Origin: an uncultured Chloroflexia bacterium
GTDB lineage: Bacteria; Chloroflexota; Anaerolineae; B4-G1; SLSP01
Length of the DNA: 64,000 nucleotides
Direction: 5' to 3'
NCBI GenBank assembly: GCA_963751345.1
Contig: CAVVUS010000011.1
Span: 64,001-128,000 of the forward strand
The translations under genes were made by a program, and so were the position numbers. The notes beneath the pieces were generated by a model. The model was not told the origin of the DNA, did no database searches, and worked only from the letters and a program-made list of their open reading frames with translations. Below, piece after piece: positions 61,426 to 64,000 of the stretch. How positions within the stretch are numbered: position 1 is the first letter of the stretch; every line of letters begins with the position of its first letter.

Positions 61426-63054
61426 TCAGTCGCTCAGCCCCGCGGCGTGACGTCTGGCTGCCGGGTCACCGGCGACGAGGTACTCGCCGCTGACAGGGTC
61501 GCGATAGAGCATCACCGGGGCGGCAATCGCGTTCTCGGTCGTCGTGACCTTGTGGTTGCGCTTGCCTAGGTCCTCCCGGACATCTTCGTCGACGGTCTCG
61601 TTCGTCGTCAGCGATCCTGCCTTGACAAAGGCCTTCTCCCGAACCGGGTTGGGATCGAAGGAGTCCTGGTGGTGGTACGTCGCGAAGCGCGGCTGCGTCA
61701 CCGCCGCAGCCGGCTCCATCCCGAAGTCGATGAAGTCGAGCAGCAGTTCTAGGGTCACCTGGTCCTGCAGATCGCCGCCGGCGACGCTGATCGCCAGCAC
61801 CGGCTCGCCGTCCTTGAGCACCAGGGTGGGCGTCAGCGTGATGCGCGGGCGCTTGCCGGGTGCGATGCAGTTGGGATGGCCTGGGGTCGTGTTGAGGCTC
61901 ACCAGGCGGTTGCCGAAGCTGACCCCTGACTGGCCGCTGCCTCCGGCGAGGTAGACGTTGGCGCTCGGCGTGGCTGCGACGAAGTTGCCCCAACGGTCGG
62001 CGACGACGCACGTCGTCGTGCCGCCCACGCCGGGCCGGAAGACGCCCGAAGCGGCGAGCGGCTCCATGGTGTAGGGATCGCCGGGCCTTGCCTCCTGTGA
62101 GGCGTGGGTCATATCAATCAGGGGGCGGCGGATCTCGGTGTAGGCGTCGGAGAGCAGGGCGTCCAGCGGCACGTCGACGAACTCCGGGTCGCCGTAGTAG
62201 GCGTCGCGGTCGGCCATCGCCAGCTTGAGCGCCTCGGTCACGACGTGGATAGTGTCGGCGGACAGAAGCCCCATGTTCTTGACGTCGAAGCCCTCCAGCA
62301 GGCGCAGCGCCTGGCAGAGATAGGGTCCCTGGGTCCACGGCCCGCACTTGTAGACGGTGTAGCCCCGGTACTCGGCCGAGACGGGCTCCTCGATCCGCGT
62401 CCGGTGATTTGCCAGGTCCTCTCGACGCAGGAATCCGCCCTTCTCGATGTAGAACGCCTCCAGTTCCTCGGCGATATCATTGTGCTCGGGGCGGCGCCCA
62501 TAGAAACGGTCGCAGGCTGCCTGGAGCCCTTCCTCGCGGCTCCCACCGGCGAGCTGCTCCTCCTCTATCATCCGGCGCAGCGTGTGCGCCAGCCTGGGGT
62601 GCCAGTCCTCTGTTCCCGCATCCAGCAATGCCAGGGCGGGCGCGGCGATCTCCGCGAACGTCTTGGTCCCGTAGTGCTGCACCGTGGTGATACACAGGTC
62701 GACCACCGAGGGCACCGGTGCCATCTTCATATCGGGCCACGGAATCCCGTTCTCCATATACCAGTCGATCGCGTCCTGTGACAGCGGGGCGCGGCCCTGG
62801 CCTGACAGCGCCTTGACTTCCTTGGTCTGTGCGCTGTAGATCAGCAGGGGTACCTCGCCGCCGATTGAGCACTCCCCGTGATCGGTGACGTTGAGCGCCA
62901 AGATGGTCGCCGCCGCGGCATCGGCGGCATTCCCGCCGCTATTCAGGAGCTCGATTCCGGCGGCGACAGCTCCCGCGCCCCCGGCCGCAACGACCCCGCT
63001 CTTGCTGGAAGCCTTCCAGCCGATCTGTCCAACGTCGATGTTGTCCATAGGCAT
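61426..63054 (-). CDS. ggt: gamma-glutamyltransferase family protein
   Basis: GGNAADAA, SIGGE, AMADRDAYYGDP, GGTTTCVVADRWGN autoprocessing Thr, PGKRPRITLTP, GGDLQDQ. Confidence 0.9.
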   Translation of the reverse strand: MPMDNIDVGQIGWKASSKSGVVAAGGAGAVAAGIELLNSGGNAADAAAATILALNVTDHGECSIGGEVPLLIYSAQTKEVKALSGQGRAPLSQDAIDWYMENGIPWPDMKMAPVPSVVDLCITTVQHYGTKTFAEIAAPALALLDAGTEDWHPRLAHTLRRMIEEEQLAGGSREEGLQAACDRFYGRRPEHNDIAEELEAFYIEKGGFLRREDLANHRTRIEEPVSAEYRGYTVYKCGPWTQGPYLCQALRLLEGFDVKNMGLLSADTIHVVTEALKLAMADRDAYYGDPEFVDVPLDALLSDAYTEIRRPLIDMTHASQEARPGDPYTMEPLAASGVFRPGVGGTTTCVVADRWGNFVAATPSANVYLAGGSGQSGVSFGNRLVSLNTTPGHPNCIAPGKRPRITLTPTLVLKDGEPVLAISVAGGDLQDQVTLELLLDFIDFGMEPAAAVTQPRFATYHHQDSFDPNPVREKAFVKAGSLTTNETVDEDVREDLGKRNHKVTTTENAIAAPVMLYRDPVSGEYLVAGDPAARRHAAGLSD

Positions 63055-63266
63055 GATCTGTATTCCTTTGACTGTGCTGATCCGTGGTTTTTCGTGGTCC
63101 GATATCTGTGCGAGCAATCAGGACCCAGTATAGGCGAGGTGGCGCAGCCCGCCAGAAATGTACCCCCTTGATGCGCCTTTCGGTGGAGGTGCGGCGAGCG
63201 CACTGTCTGTATAGTGATACCGATGGCGAAATCATGAGGCAACATCATTCCGGAGGTCGTACTGAT

Positions 63267-64000
63267 ATGAAAAGCTATGCAATGATCACGGGTGCCACCG
63301 GTGGACTCGGTAAGGCGCTGGCGGCGGAGTGTGCGTCTGCGGGGATGGGATCTCTACTTGACGGACCTGCATGAGGAACCGCTCACCCGCGTCGCCCTAG
63401 GGTTGGAGCGCCTCTACAACGTCGACGTTCGCACTCACCTATGCGACCTGGCAGATCCCCAATCGCGCAACGCGCTCTGGACGGACGTGGCCAACCGTGG
63501 GATGCGGTTTCACTTTCTGGCCAATGTGGCCGGCGTCGATTTCGAGGGTCCCTTTATGGAGCGTCAGATCGATGATCTGCGAAGCATTCTGCGGGTCAAC
63601 GTTGAGGGGACCGTCGAGATGATCTGGCACGTCCTGGCGCATCGGGATCCGACCCGAACGCTACGTATCGTCAACGTGAGCAGCCTTGCAGGCTACTATC
63701 CTATGCCACTCAAGGCGACGTACGCCGCTTCGAAGCGTTTCCTGCTCGATATGTCGATTGCGCTGAACGCTGAGCTGCGCGGCGACGACGTCTCGGTGAC
63801 AGCGCTCTGCCCTGCCGGGATGCCGACCACGCCCGACGTGATTGAGAAGATCGAGGCTCAGGGCTTTATGGGGCGGGTTACGACGATGAACGTCGGCGAC
63901 GTTGCCCGCCGGACGGTGACCATGGCACTACGTGGACGGGCTGTCTACGTCCCTGGCGGCGCCAGCCAGACGCTCAGGGTGCTCGGTGGACTCGTGCCTG
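63267..64000 (+). CDS. SDR family oxidoreductase (frameshift ~63338; runs off the window)
   Basis: MKSYAMITGATGGLG; downstream frame has NVAG, NVSSLAG, YAASK. Confidence 0.85.

Noticed and set aside
916-64000. Programmed frameshifting or phase variation explaining the split genes
   Set aside because: Indels are scattered across unrelated genes with no slippery heptamers or long repeat tracts; sequencing error is simpler.

Overview
GC-rich bacterial accessory-type region, most likely Chloroflexota (Anaerolineae-like), inferred from a secreted protein ending in LYLPVVRR and from Pro/Thr-rich lipoprotein linkers. I saw no rRNA, tRNA, CRISPR array, transposase or integrase. The window holds about 50 CDS: secD-secF, a NarL-family two-component system, MFS/ABC transporters, SDR/MDR oxidoreductases, glycoside hydrolases, GGT and methyltransferases. 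It also holds many gene remnants and many single-base frameshifts, probably mostly long-read errors; 36.7-57.2 kb is free of them. The main signal is two paralogous modules, each built around a MalT-like STAND-ATPase/LuxR activator (11774-14441 minus; 48249-51098 plus). Each module has DUF4386-type membrane genes and a conserved ~80-aa protein. In the second module, one ~55-bp promoter (TACCC-N4/5-ATTACCACGTTYGKGSG-ATGACR-N18-[-10]) recurs before three operons. The first module has a related CAGTAC direct-repeat array. Together these suggest an uncharacterised regulon. Family names are from recognised motifs, not database searches.
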